From assembly GCA_002189035.1 (NCBI GenBank), contig NEEC01000014.1, positions 1 to 64,000 of the forward strand: a stretch of 64,000 bases of DNA, given 5' to 3'. Source of the stretch: Utricularia gibba. Taxonomy: Eukaryota; Plantae; Magnoliophyta. Within the stretch, counting starts at the first letter, position 1. The number at the start of each line of letters is the position of its first letter. Below, piece after piece: positions 23,963 through 36,653 of the stretch. The notes below the pieces were generated by a model. The model did no database searches. It was given only the letters and a program-made list of their open reading frames with translations, and had not been told where the DNA came from. The translations under genes and the position numbers were made by a program.

Positions 23963-25202
23963 GGGCGCTGGAGGATGGCTTTTATTGTTGCCTGGAGTGG
24001 GAAGGGGATACATCTCAAATTAATGGGTTTACGTATATTTTTAGGAGGGAGGAGAAAAGGTTAAGGGAAAGGAACACAACTAAATTATCAATTATGTAGT
24101 AGTGTGCATGCCTTGGGATTGGGATCCCGCGCCTACAGCCTACAGCCTACAGCCTAATATTAATGGCTGCGCAGCGGCTTGGCTGGCATCCACGTATGTA
24201 TTATTGATTGATTCAAATTTTGGTGGGGGGGAACCCATATCCATCCTCGTTTATTCACACTGATAAGCACATTCAAAAGTACGCCAGAAAAGTAGATGAT
24301 TTTTATATGTACCTAGCTGTATATTTTTGAAAGGGTAGGCACAACTGTAGTACACACTTTGATCGAATGATGCCATATCACATTTACTACCGTGTTCCGG
24401 TGAGTATAGGGCGGGCCCCTAACCTCTCCTCTTCTCACATCCTCAATGATGCCCAAATTATTGTCTACCGCTTTTAAGGGCTGAACCTATTCCACTACAA
24501 CGGGGCTGTGACATGGCATCCAAACACGTGTGTTCTCAAGACACGGGGAATAACAGATGTGCCACAAATTGCAATTCCAACTGCTTCATTCAATATTGCT
24601 CTCTAAATGTTTTGCTTGTGCGTCATCCTCTTCCTTCATTTCCAAGGATACCTTCCGTTGAGGAGCCAACTCAGATGACGAAAATGCCGTGTCATCCATC
24701 AATTAACGGATATCGGAATGATTTATAAATATGATCATCTTGCAATATGCCTGTGAAAAAATTGATTAGATGACCGTGATCATATTCATAAATGACTTGC
24801 ATATATCAGTTAACACGAAGAAAAATGGTGGTTTAGAGTCATTGAAAGTCTTGCGATTGGGATTAGTCAGTCATTTTAGCGGTGAAAAAAATGGCCAAGA
24901 GTGGGTGGATTCCATTTGTAGGTCATTTTGTAGTTTCACAAATGTGCAGCTCGTACGACATAAACTTGGGAAAAGGTTTACCCCCTCCACCCTCCCCCTC
25001 CCCCCAGGCCCTTGTATATAGATGTGAGATACCTCATACAAATTTATGAGGCATATGAACATGCATGAGATACTAACGATCAGACACCAAACTTGAGCAC
25101 CACAGAGCCCCCCATCTTCTATCACTCCTCTGGCATCACATGCGAAAACTCTGAAAAAAACTGGCAAGAAAGTAATGGAGCCCTGCTGATTTGTCATCCA
25201 AC

Positions 25203-26676
25203 TTAGGCGACTGGTGGGCGGAGGGCATGGTCTTGAGATGTATCAACGGCGGCAGGCGGCATGAATTGCCACATAGCGACGCTGGGGTAACTGATGACAG
25301 GCACCAATTTGTCGCAAGCAGCTTGGTTTCGTACAGCAACTGCACCAGGGACCGGGGGAGCTGGTATGAAGTTGGGTAATGAAGCGCTTACTGCCTTCAG
25401 CTGCTTCTCAAGCGTTTCCTTCTCAGCCTTCAACTTTTGCTTCTCTTCTCGAAGTTCGTTTTTTTCTGCCTGCAATGAGCAGCGCAAAACGAAGAAAGTC
25501 AATCATTGCTCAAATACAAATATGGAAAGTTTTTTTCTTACTTTGAGCTCCTTGATTTTTTCCTGGATATTCAAGTTTGAGTCTTTCTGCTTCTCGGCAT
25601 CAACTTTTAGCTGGGCTATCATACGAACTGCATCAACCAAAATTGCAGATTTATCTGTCTTGGGAGGCTTCCCAGGGTCAATAAGAGCGGCCAACTCCAT
25701 AAACCTAGAACACACAAAACCCCTTGTTAAAGCACAGCTAAAACACATAATCAAGGCATGCTTAACCAAGCTCGTAAACCATTACCTGTCATTTAGCCTA
25801 TCTCTCCTCTGTTTCTCCCTGCATGCCTTTGATTTGAATGGGGCACATGAATCATTTCTAGCTCTGAGAAACAAACAAATAACGAGATTAAACATTATCA
25901 ATATAGAGTTCCTTGTGAAAACATATACAAGCATCTAAGGTATCAAAATTTTAAAACTCACGAACATATCTCGACAAGATCCTCCGAAAAATTAACAGGA
26001 GCGTTCCTCTATAGTAAAAATGTAAGGTGTTGGGAATAAAATAAAGAAAAGTTTATGGGTGCTACCTCTTCTTCGATGAAGCCTCCCTTTCTGATTCTCC
26101 AACCGATCCATCGATCCCCAAACTATCAGTATTTCAGAAAACCAATAATGATTTTTCAAACGGAGATAAGGAAAAGAAGAGGCTAATAAAAAGACAGCAA
26201 AATTGCAATCCCCTTTAAAATACATATTCGAAAAAAATCACGTTAAGGTGGTTCTTCCTTGTGAATCTCACACTTATTCATCATCGCTTCCATTCAAATA
26301 AAATAGGAACTTGAGCAAATGATACGGCATTCAGTTATATGTAAGCGACATAAATAAAGTTGTAAAACACAACCCCCAAGTACTGCTAGCAAGGATAATG
26401 AGACATCTCTCCAGGAAAATAGGCACCAAGCAATAATATGACAACAAGGTGTAAAATCCAGGGAAAGAATCAGGAGTCAACTAGAGGGAACTACCAAGAT
26501 GAGGAATTTTTGTAAAAAAATCATCAACCAAAATAAATACCCAGCATTCGGTGTCGCATTGATGGGTTCCCCCGGGGTGGGAACCCGGGATTGTGAGCCG
26601 AGAAAATGGCATCAACATCATGGATATCCGGAATTCCGTAATCGTAAAACCAATTAGTGTTTTCCGGCGCATCCAT
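25203..26676 (-). CDS. ILR3: bHLH subgroup IVc transcription factor (ILR3/bHLH105/bHLH115-like, iron homeostasis); apparent -1 frameshift in exon 1
   Basis: MDAPENTNWFYDY, SKACREKQRRDRLNDRFMEL, PGKPPKTDKSAILVDAVRM, EKNELREEKQKLK, C-terminal AMWQFMPPAAVDTSQDHALRPPVA (BTS-binding type tail). Confidence 0.9.
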
Positions 26677-27570
26677 CCTGGGCCAAGACAACAGCCAGCT
26701 TCTGCCCAGAGAAATCTTAAACGAACCCACCAATCTAGTTGGTGAAAGTAGGGGGGAAGATTGACGAAGGGTGAAAAATCGAAAGGCGATGAGGACGTAG
26801 CACCCAGGATTTATTAAATTAGGCCGAAAATGATTCGACCGGAAAAGATGATAGCGGAAAAAACCGGGCCAATATTGTATTCCAAAAACAAACGTCAGGC
26901 CTGCCTATTCATTGGGCAGCCTGAAGCAAGCTACGTGGCATCCTCAGGAGCATACATTCGCTCCTACGCTACGCTACGCTTCGCTTCGCTTCTCTTCTTA
27001 GAGGGGAATCATGGGGTGTCGTGTTGTGCTGTGTAATGCTTTTCTCGCGTAGTCTCTACGTTACAGTAGCAGTTGTTGTGTCGAGAAATCGGCAGGGGTG
27101 GGTGGGGTGGAGTAGCAGTACGGCTGAAACACACGTTTTTGTTTTGTTTGTTGCTGTGCTGTCTGATCTCAATCCTTCCACCTCCGCACGTTTCGACAAC
27201 GGGGCCGGGCTGCCTAACAGTCAACCCCCGTTTCGCGTGCTGCTCTGTGGCCCAGCTGTAGACCCAGCCCAGCCCTCCACAGGTTCACTTGCAGATCCTG
27301 TTTAAGAAAACGTAAGCCCATGTCAATGAACCTTCTGCATTACGCCTTTTCTTCTAAACATTGCATTGCGCATTGCAAGCAGCGAGAAGAGAGAAAAAAG
27401 AATCGGAAGCGATCCGTTCTGGAAATCCTAGCTCCCATCTCATTCATGGGGGACAAATAGATGACCCACTTTTCCAAGACACACTTTACTATTAAAATAA
27501 ATAATTAAGTATATAAAAAGTTTTATAATGTGATTAACGTTTATTATAAAAAAAAGGTTTTATATTGTGA

Positions 27571-27633
27571 TTGGGCCAAGGCCCAATACTCTGATATGAT
27601 TGCTTGTCAGCTATCGCCCTTCTCCCGCCAAAA
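27571..27633. promoter_or_regulatory. Site II elements (TGGGCC / GGCCCA) plus an E2F site (TTTTGGCGGGA on minus) upstream of CTF18
   Basis: ttgggccaaggccca at 27571-27585 and tcccgccaaaa at 27623-27633, ~80 bp upstream of the ATG of a replication gene. Confidence 0.6.
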
Positions 27634-27711
27634 TATCCACCTGCGCCTGCAGTTGGCCAGTTCCACCGTTCGTGGGAGCCAACTGTGCATCACAGAGTCG
27701 GCGTTGGCCTC

Positions 27712-30700
27712 ATGGAAATTCCTGATTTTGAAGAGCTACAATGGCTGGAAGCCCACTGTATGGAGGATCCCTGGGAAGAAGAAGACTACGTGATGCAAAT
27801 GGAGGAGCCCCCTTCCCCAACTCCTCCGCCCGACCCCGATGAGTCTCCTAATCGACCCATTCTCACTCTTCCTACGCTGCCTTCCCTTTCAAATCCCATC
27901 CAGGTTAACTCTACACTCAAGAAACGCATTCGGCCCGGTGACCACAGGAAGTGCAACCTCGATCCGTATTATTCTCGCAAGAAGAAGTGCAAAACTGGGG
28001 AGGATGAAGATCTGGAAGAAGAATGGAATTTTCAAGGTCCCCATTTGGAGGAAGATGAGGCGACGAAAGCCACAGTACCTGAAATTTTGCACGATAATGG
28101 CGATGCCTTGGATGACAGCATAGTGGAGGAGGAGACAGAGAGTGGAAAAGGGACATTGTCGAGATATGCTTCTGAAATAGATGGGGATTGTGTGCCAATT
28201 ACAGGGTTGGATGGGGACTTGGTGTTTGCAAAGATATGTGAATTTCAGATGGATGAGGAGCGGAGAACAAAGAACGCGTATTCCAGAGAAGGTATGGATG
28301 TTACAAGATATGCACTGCATGCAGCCTTAACCGTTTTGAGTGCTATAGCTTGTGCACTAGTATATGTTTATAATGCGGAATACGGATGCTTGCAGGACTC
28401 CTTGTAGAATCCGTGAGAGTTCTAATGGAGAAAATAGAACATGAGGATTTCACAAAGGTTAGTTCAGTACTGCTCTATGTATTAGGAAGGAGGATGTAGG
28501 TTCATGCTTTTCTATGCTAAATTCAAAAACAAATGAGACAAGCATTAGCTGCCACTAAAACTCGCCTCATGTGTTTTTCTCTCTTTAGTAATCCAACAAA
28601 TTTTTAGCAGTGTGACTGTAGGCTTCTTATTCATAAAGTAATGATTACTCTTTGCTTGTGTAGGCTGTCCAGGCAACTATGAATAGCCAATCTGGAATAG
28701 ACTCACCCAAGCCTCCAGATGGCAACGAGCAACTTTGGGTTGAAAAATATGCTCCAAGCTCATTTACAGAGCTACTCAGTGATGAAAAAACGAACCGTGA
28801 GGTTCAGTTTCTAATTGATTAGGTTTGCGTAGCCTATTTCTTTGAGAAAATTTTGCTATATTAATTTGCTCCCCATAAATCCAATAATTGTAGGTACTCC
28901 TCTGGCTAAAACAATGGGATTGCTGTGTTTTTGGATCTTCGATCAAGAGCACAGCAGATGATGTTTTATGTGCATTGAGTCGACATTCCTTGAGCATGAT
29001 GCATTCAAGGAAATCTGGGAAAACCAGTAACTTTGGAAGCAATAGAGAGAGTGGGTGCACAGGAAACTCACTAGCTCCTCCTGATTTGGATGAGGAGAAT
29101 AATATCAATCTTGGCACTCGGGAGGTAGTGGAAAATAGAAACAAATTCTCCAGTCCTCCCGAAAAAAAGGTTGGATAGTCTTTTACTTCTCAGTTTTATC
29201 TTATTATTTGAGTTTTTGTTCTCTTCATTTACTCTGGCCTACAATGCACAATGCTTATGAATCCCACCTTTCACTCGCAATTCCTAAAGTAAAAGTTACA
29301 TGAAAGTACAATAAGAAACATGAAAAACATAGCCAGACCTGATTGTTTTTATGTTACTGATCGATGTGTTCTGTCATTGGGTTGATTTGATGTTCACAGA
29401 TTCTCTTACTCTGTGGTCCACCTGGGCTTGGGAAGACTACTCTTGCACATGTGGCGGCTAGGCACTGTGGTTATCAGGTGGTAGAGGTGAGAGTTAGATC
29501 CATCTTTACGTGCAGTCAAACAAATTATTTTTTATATGCACCTTTGCATATGCAGTGTTACAAGTATTACGATTCTGTTGTAATATTTTTTTATGAGGCT
29601 TCCCACTGAGCTTTAAAACCCGTGACAGATTAACGCAAGTGATGATCGGTCTGCTTCAGTTGTTGAGACTAAAATCCTTGATGTTGTCCAAATGAATTCA
29701 GTTATTGCAGGTTCAAAGCCAAAGTGCTTGGTTAGTGTTGTACATGATTTTTTTTTGTATCAACATAAATTTGTCGAAGGTTGGTCCTTCAACAACACTG
29801 GTTGTTTATCGAAGGTTATTGATGAGATTGATGGTGCACTTGGAGATGGGAAGGGTGCAATTGAAGTTATCCTTAAATTGGTAGGTCAAGAGTCTTGTTG
29901 CCTTCATGTTTTTCCAGATGTCTGATGGGTGGATTAGAATTGCAATAACTTTTTCCTGGTAGATTACAAACCTCCTGTGATCTGGGAAACCTTCTGGTGG
30001 AATAATCATAAAAACATACAATATTTTCGTAGACATTTTTTTTTTTCACTGTAAAGATCAATGGGATTCTGAGAACAATTTTAGGTTCTCAGGATTTGTG
30101 ATGCTCAGTGCTCAGTTTATCAGTGTTTAAAATGCAGGAGTATTCCATGGTCTCGTCTTGAACTAATAAAAGGTGATGCAGGTATCCGCAGAAAGAAAAA
30201 ACTTTACTGGAAAAGAAAACCTAGATGAAAGATTTACACCTAAGAAGAGGGTTTCTAGTAAGAGACAACGGAATTCCCCCTGTTGAGGCCTGTATGAAGG
30301 AATCCGTATATCATTTTTCATATTGTCAATGCGTTTGTTCCAAGTGACTGCTTATCGTGTGCAGGTCATTTGTATTTGTAATGATTTGTATGCGCCAGCC
30401 TTGAGACCTTTGCGTGAGGTAGCCAAGTAAGTCTTGTATGTGCGTCAATTTGGATTTCATAGTCATTTAATGTTAACTTGTTTGGTGTATCTGTCCAATC
30501 ACAAGCATTATAAAGTATCCATGACCTTGTCCGTTATTTATGAATTTAATTAAAGAAAACGAAGTGTGATAATAATCTCATATACAGCAACCTTATTTCT
30601 TGTGCATATTAGCATGACTTTTCTCATTTGAAACGTGAACAATATTCATAGAAAATTCTTAGTAAATTAAGTCATGTGTTTCCTTTTTCCCCATTTCAGG

Positions 30701-33700
30701 GTTCACATCTTTGTTCAACCAAGTGTTAATCGTGTTGTAAACCGGTAAGATTCCAGATTTATGCTGAACAAAACTTTCGTTCAGAAAGGAGATTTAATTT
30801 TTGACTTTATGTTGATTTCTTATGCTTATTTTTCAAAATATAAAAGTATGTATGAGACAATTGACGCTGTTTGATGAGTGAACCTCCTGTAAATGTATGT
30901 TCCACTCTAGCGTACTGCATGCTCTATGATATTGCTCGTTTATGTTTCATTCGTTCATAATGCATGTTCAGCAATTTTACTGGCATCCTGTTTTTTTTAT
31001 GGATTAACATGGAAGCTCGGTTGTATGGATAATAAAGCAACATCTACTTAGTAGCGATGATTTTGATGAAAAACAATAGGTTGAGATATATATGCAATAA
31101 TGAGAAGATCAAGATGAGCTCCGTTGCCCTTTCTGCATTAGCAAACTTCACTGGTAAGTCTTGTTATGTCATAATTTTTGACCATTCAATGTGATATCAT
31201 CTTTGGGAAATTCTGCTTTAGATTTTTCCTTTTGTGGGCTTTTAGTGATATTTTAATTTTTTCTAGATCTCAAGAAAAAGTATATATTACTCTGGTGTCA
31301 AAGCATACAGTATTCTTTCAATAAATCATCAATGCCAAAATCTTTGGCTTCAGTCTCCTGACAGTGTTCTTTCTTCTAATGAAATTTATTTTTACTGTTA
31401 AAAATCAAATCCTATTTTGTGGTGCTCAGGTTGTGACATACGATCATGCTTGAATACACTTCAGTTTCTCAACAAGAAAAAGGAATCCTTAAATCTGGTA
31501 ATATCAGAAAATTATTATTTATTCTTGCTTTGTCCCAATGTGATTGTCCATAACTTTCGTATTTTATGTACGAAATGAAGCGATTTCTAGTCTAGTGGAG
31601 TCCTTCTGTAGCTTTAAAGGAATCCTCATTTATGTTTAATTCTTATTCAAATTCTCACTCATTCCTACCTGTGTATTTATTGTAATGCGGGTCTTTACAG
31701 GCCTGAGCATTAATTAAATCCTCTGCACTTGGAATATTTTGAGTATCCAAGCAGGAATAAGATAGTTTTTGCTACATTTATAAGCAAATACGATGGATGC
31801 CTGTTCTGTCTTAGCATCCTTTTCCTCAATAATTTCCTGAGAAACAGAATTCATTTTTTTCAAGTTGGACCTGGGTTCTCAAGTGGTTTGTCTGAAGGAT
31901 GTATCAAAAGGTACTTTTGACGTTTGGAAAGAGGTTAGCTGTAGTTGCACATGTCTGAAAGATTTCTATTCGTTTGTTGAAGCCATTCCATTTTTCTTAT
32001 ATATCTTTTTGCTTTTTCATTCAAGATTTTCCAAAGGAGAAAAGCCAAATGGATCAAGGGATCAACCTATTCTGGCAGCTTCTGCTCTGAAAATTTTGAG
32101 TTTCTGTTCTCTTTGATATCTAACCAGTGAGTGGAAGTCTAGAATATCTTTGCTTTGATAATACAAGCCATGGACCTTAGGACGATTTTTTTCCAGTGGC
32201 GAGTATGACTTAATATTAGATGGAGTTCATGAAAATATGTTGCAGCTACATTATGTCGATCCTGTCATGGAGAAGACAGTAAGTATAGCTGTTGTATTCC
32301 TTTGAGCCTGTGTTCAGATAGTCAGATTTGAGTGATTCGTTTTTATGTTGCCCTTTTACCTTCTACCTTCTAGGTGCAATGCTTGGATAATTTGGAGGTT
32401 TCTGATATAGTTCATAAATATATCATGCAAACCCAGAAAATGTCCCTACAAGGTGAAGTCGTGTGGTGTTATTCGATTCCCTGTTTTCTAACTGCTGCAT
32501 GTATATGACACAATTGTTTTATCTATTTGTTTTCCTCAGCGTATCAGCCTCCAGTCGTTTTGCTTATCCGTGGTCTGGTAGCGCGTCCCGAAAAATATGA
32601 TATTCGGTGGCCCAGGTCTTTCCACAGGTACATCCTTAGATGTGCAGTACACCTTCTGGCATGTTTAAAAATTTCTAGATTTTCTCTTTGACAGACACCG
32701 AACAGCATTGACTGAGAGGTTGGATACACTTCATAAATGGCACAACCTCATTCCACCGTATATTTCAAGGCATCTGTCAACAAAATCATTTATAGAGAAC
32801 TCGGTGTCTCAGTTGCTGCATATCCTCTCGCCATCTAAAATCAGACCGGTATGATTTTCTGTATGCAATTCCAAGTTTCCACCAATGAATGAGTTAACAT
32901 AATGATAAGGTTATAAGAACCTGTCAAAAGTTATGGTGTATAACAACTCCCAATTTTCCCTTCTTGGAACTAACATGAATTTCCAATTCACAGGTGGCGC
33001 TGAATTTGCTTTCAGAAACTGAGAAAAGCAGTTTCTGGCAGTTGGTAAGCACCATGGTCTCCTATGCTGTTACATACAAGAACACTGCCAAGATGGGGCA
33101 AGAAGAGGTTTCAGAAACGAATTTTCTTTCCCTGGATCCACCTCTTTTTAATTTTGTAAGGTTCAAGGTATATGTATCGGTCGATTCACTTCTTTAGTTA
33201 TTAATGCAATCAGTGGTGTTGATCTAATCTTTTGTGGCCTCTTCCGAGCAGGGTTGCAGTGCATGCCATCTTGAGCTTCCGTTGGCAGTGAAGCAGGTCT
33301 TACTTCATGAGGTGAGGCATGCGTGGTTGTTATGTTGGCCATATATCCTCCATTCATAGAATCAGACTGCAAATATTTCTCTCTGAGATTCTGATAGTTG
33401 GGTAATATATGAATTTCATGGAGATTGCAATATTAAACTTCAGGTTGAAAAGCAAAGGATTCTTCACTGCAGCCTCTCCAAGTCATTCCATCATAACATG
33501 GCTGAGAATACGTCTACTGGTGAAGTGTCATCTGTGCCTACTGAAACGAAAGGGAAGAACCCGACTTCAACGACCAACAACTCTGGTCTGCATGCGCTTT
33601 CTAACTCAAGTCCAGCAAGCTTCCCAATCCAAGTGGCTGCAACTGCAGCTCAGGTCAAATCATCTGAAAGGAAAAAATATTCTTCTGGTTTTCTGACCGA

Positions 33701-34107
33701 CTTCTTTCAAAGGTATGCATGTGTGTAGATTGGTTATTCTTGCGGACGGGCAATTCGAGTACCATTGTTGCGTGTGTACCAGTTTGATGATTGCAGCAGC
33801 ATTGGTAGTAGATTAGTCTTAAAAAAACGAAGCCGATACTTCAGTGTCGTAAGCAAGCTTGTGGTTCTTTGATTCATAGGTCTAAGAGCAGCTCTAGCCA
33901 TGAAGATTCCCCTCTTTCGATGACAGTGGAAGCCCAACGTAGCCTTAGAACCGTACACCCGTTCCTTTTCAAATTTAACGAGGTGATTTAAGTGGTAGTG
34001 CCGGTGCCATTGCTTTCACTTTAATCTTACTCATGTGTTCTGCTTCGTTTCAGGGGTTCACAAATGCAGTGAAGAGGCCTGTGCGAATGCGAGAGTTCCT
34101 TGCATAA
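27712..34107 (+). CDS. CTF18: Chromosome transmission fidelity protein 18 (alternative RFC clamp-loader large subunit); apparent -1 frameshift at 30276-30280
   Basis: MEIPDFEELQWLE, LSRYASEIDG, LWVEKYAPSSFTELLSDE, Walker A CGPPGLGKTTLAH, INASDDRS, VIDEIDG, VICICNDLYAPALRPLR, CDIRSCLNTLQFL, C-terminal GFTNAVKRPVRMREFLA* (TAA 34105-34107). Confidence 0.93.
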
Positions 34108-34565
34108 CTTGTGCCACTTCGCAGACATCCCGAGCTCCCTCATGGGCGGCAGGCATTAAGAAAGGAGTAGAGAGATCAAGGGTAAGTGTAACTAGAAAGC
34201 GAAGAGATTCAAAATGAGCCCTCATTCGAATTTTTTTTTTTTTTGTTTCTAAGGAATGTTAATGCAATTCAAATTTGCATAATCTGTACTTTGCATATCA
34301 AGTAAAGAATACCATTATTCTTCAAACAAGTACAAAACAACCGACGTTCTGCAAGAAAGGGCCTACTTTTTTCCTGATTTCAGTGGGATGAGTGTCGCCC
34401 CACTCTGTGGTCTTAAGAGATGTCATATTCACTACTTCAAAGTAACAGAACCTATTGATTCATACACAGAAATATCTTCTACCACATAAAGAATCAAGAG
34501 TTCCGCCAAATGCTTCTTACTGATTCATGTTAAGATTACAGGTTTGAATTCAATATGAGAAGCGG

Positions 34566-36653
34566 CTACTGTTCCTCTTCTTCCTGGAGTGGATTCTCCC
34601 TGTTGTCGTCAGCCCAGAACCTACGCACATCTATAAGCATGCTTGCTCAGCAGTACCTCCAGCATGCAGATCATATCGCATATCATCAGCAAGTCTGGTG
34701 GCTTTACCATATCCCAGATTTCATCCCTCGATGCGCAGCTGATGATCACCTCCCTCGATCAATTTCTGATGGACATCTTCGTTTCATGAAACGTGAATTA
34801 CCGACAGTTGGTGACATGGTACAAACAAATCTTAAGCTTTATGTATCTGGTGATTTGAGGCATGTAGCTAAAACTCATAGCCACAAGCAGGAATAACAGA
34901 ACTTCTCTGTAGGAAGATTGCATCAGGAAACATGAAAAGCTCTTCATGTTATCATTCTTCACTTCCAGACTTGATTATCGTTATCAACACAGAAGTCAAG
35001 TACGATGTAAGAAAACGTTACGGTAGAAGGCACTCAAACTAACCTGAAGAATGTATGGACATCAGAAATGTCAAGAATCCCCTGCCTTGAAGATCAAGAC
35101 ACTTGAACAAGTATGTACAGCCTTCCTTACTGTCCCAGATATCCAGAGCAAGAACAAATTGAATAAATCCATTTCCCCGGCATTACCACGTCCACTTTTT
35201 CCACAGAGAACATGCTCATCAAAAACAAAACGGGAGAATATGGCACACGATTATCAGTATTTATTTCCCTCTCAAAAAGTTGGTTTCCATCGTAAACCAT
35301 CTTCCCAACAAATGAGGAAGATAATTAGCAATTCTATCCTGCACCTCTTTCCATAAAAATGTCCCATCTACATAATCACGAAGCTCCTGTTTTCCTGTTT
35401 TCCTGTTTTCTTAGATTAGTTTCGGTGCTTGGAGTATTGACTTCAGAAGAAAACTGCGAAAATTACACAAGGGCGAAACTCGGTTGTATGAATCACAGAA
35501 GAAAAAGAATTTATGTGCTTCAATTCGAAAATACATTTGCGAAAAGCCTGCGGGCATGTCCCGGACTTATCTATGGTATGAAATCTAAAGAATAATTTAC
35601 ACACACGCGAGGCTGAAGAAAGCCATCAAAATCCCCATCAAGCTCACTCATAATTCTAGCCTGGGAGAGCGAAACCTGGAACACGGCACAAATCACAATT
35701 TTTCTATACAGATGCATTATTAGATGGCTGACAGGACAGCACGCATCACATAGATATAGAAAGGAAGGATGGAAATCCTTCATGATACGTCCTTCACAAA
35801 CTTCATGAAGTTAGAGTGGCTAAAAAAGCGTCGGCATTTCATTCCTACCTTTTCTGTACACACAGGAGCAATGTGGCAGAAGTCTTCATAATTCATCTAA
35901 GCCAAGCCATACATGAAACGCATTTCAGGTCATCACGCAATCAAAAGTTTGCATTCTTCGCTGATTATTAATGCAAATAATAACTTAATTAATTACCTTC
36001 TCTGCCACTGAGACAATTTTCTGAGGCATACCAACACAGCGTCCAGGTCATCAGCATGCAGTAAAAGAACAGATTGTTTCTAATTGGAGAACATAATAAC
36101 ATCATAAACGCAGGGCCAAAAAATTCAAGTCATTGCTCTTTAGAGAATAACCACTTAGGAGTAGTGCTACAAGCACACACGGAACGAAAGGGAGTTCGGC
36201 TATCTAGGTGGTGATTAAAAAAAAAAACACCTTCAAAGATACTAATTTTGTCAGAAACTTTCAGAAGAACGTAAAAGTGGGATCGTAGAAGGGAAAAAAA
36301 ACTAAAGCAAGTTACTTTGAGAAACCGATGCCTAGACAAACCCATGACCAAACAGTAAAGGGAAGTGAGTAAGAGATCACTCAAACATAAAAAATACCTT
36401 TTGTAGAAGCTTGCAACGCCGCCGGCTTCCGCGCTCTTCTGCTGCGTCTCTTTAAATATGTCGAACAAAATCTTCTTGGTCTCAAGTTTCTGTAATGCCG
36501 AATTGTAGAATCATCGTATGCCAAATATTTATTCGGATCCGAGGCCAGTCCCAGATTCTATGAGGCGCGTAGATTCGGAACCCGGAGCATTGAAGATGCA
36601 GCCGGTATTTTCCTCTGCGCCGGCGCATTGCCAACGCCCGAACCACCGTAAAT
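34566..36653 (-). pseudogene. TON2: Unprocessed pseudogene of TONNEAU2/FASS (PP2A B'' regulatory subunit)
   Basis: Exon relics in order with introns: (ATT instead of ATG)-YGGSG..QRKIPAASSML, ELETKKILFDIFKETQQKSAEAG, MNYEDFCHIAPVCTE..KF VKDVS*RISILPFYLYVMR (TGA 35780-35782), VSLSQARIMSELDGDFDGFLQ, RDMPAGFSQMYFRIEAHKFFFFCD, VFDEHV..CLDLQGRGFLT, DEIWDMVKP, MLIDVRRFWADDNREN..QEEEEQ*. Multiple frameshifts and internal deletions. Confidence 0.9.

Noticed and set aside
27604-28407. 267-aa ORF as a stand-alone gene
   Set aside because: It is CTF18 exon 1 (true ATG probably 27712) read through into the first intron (donor ~28293).
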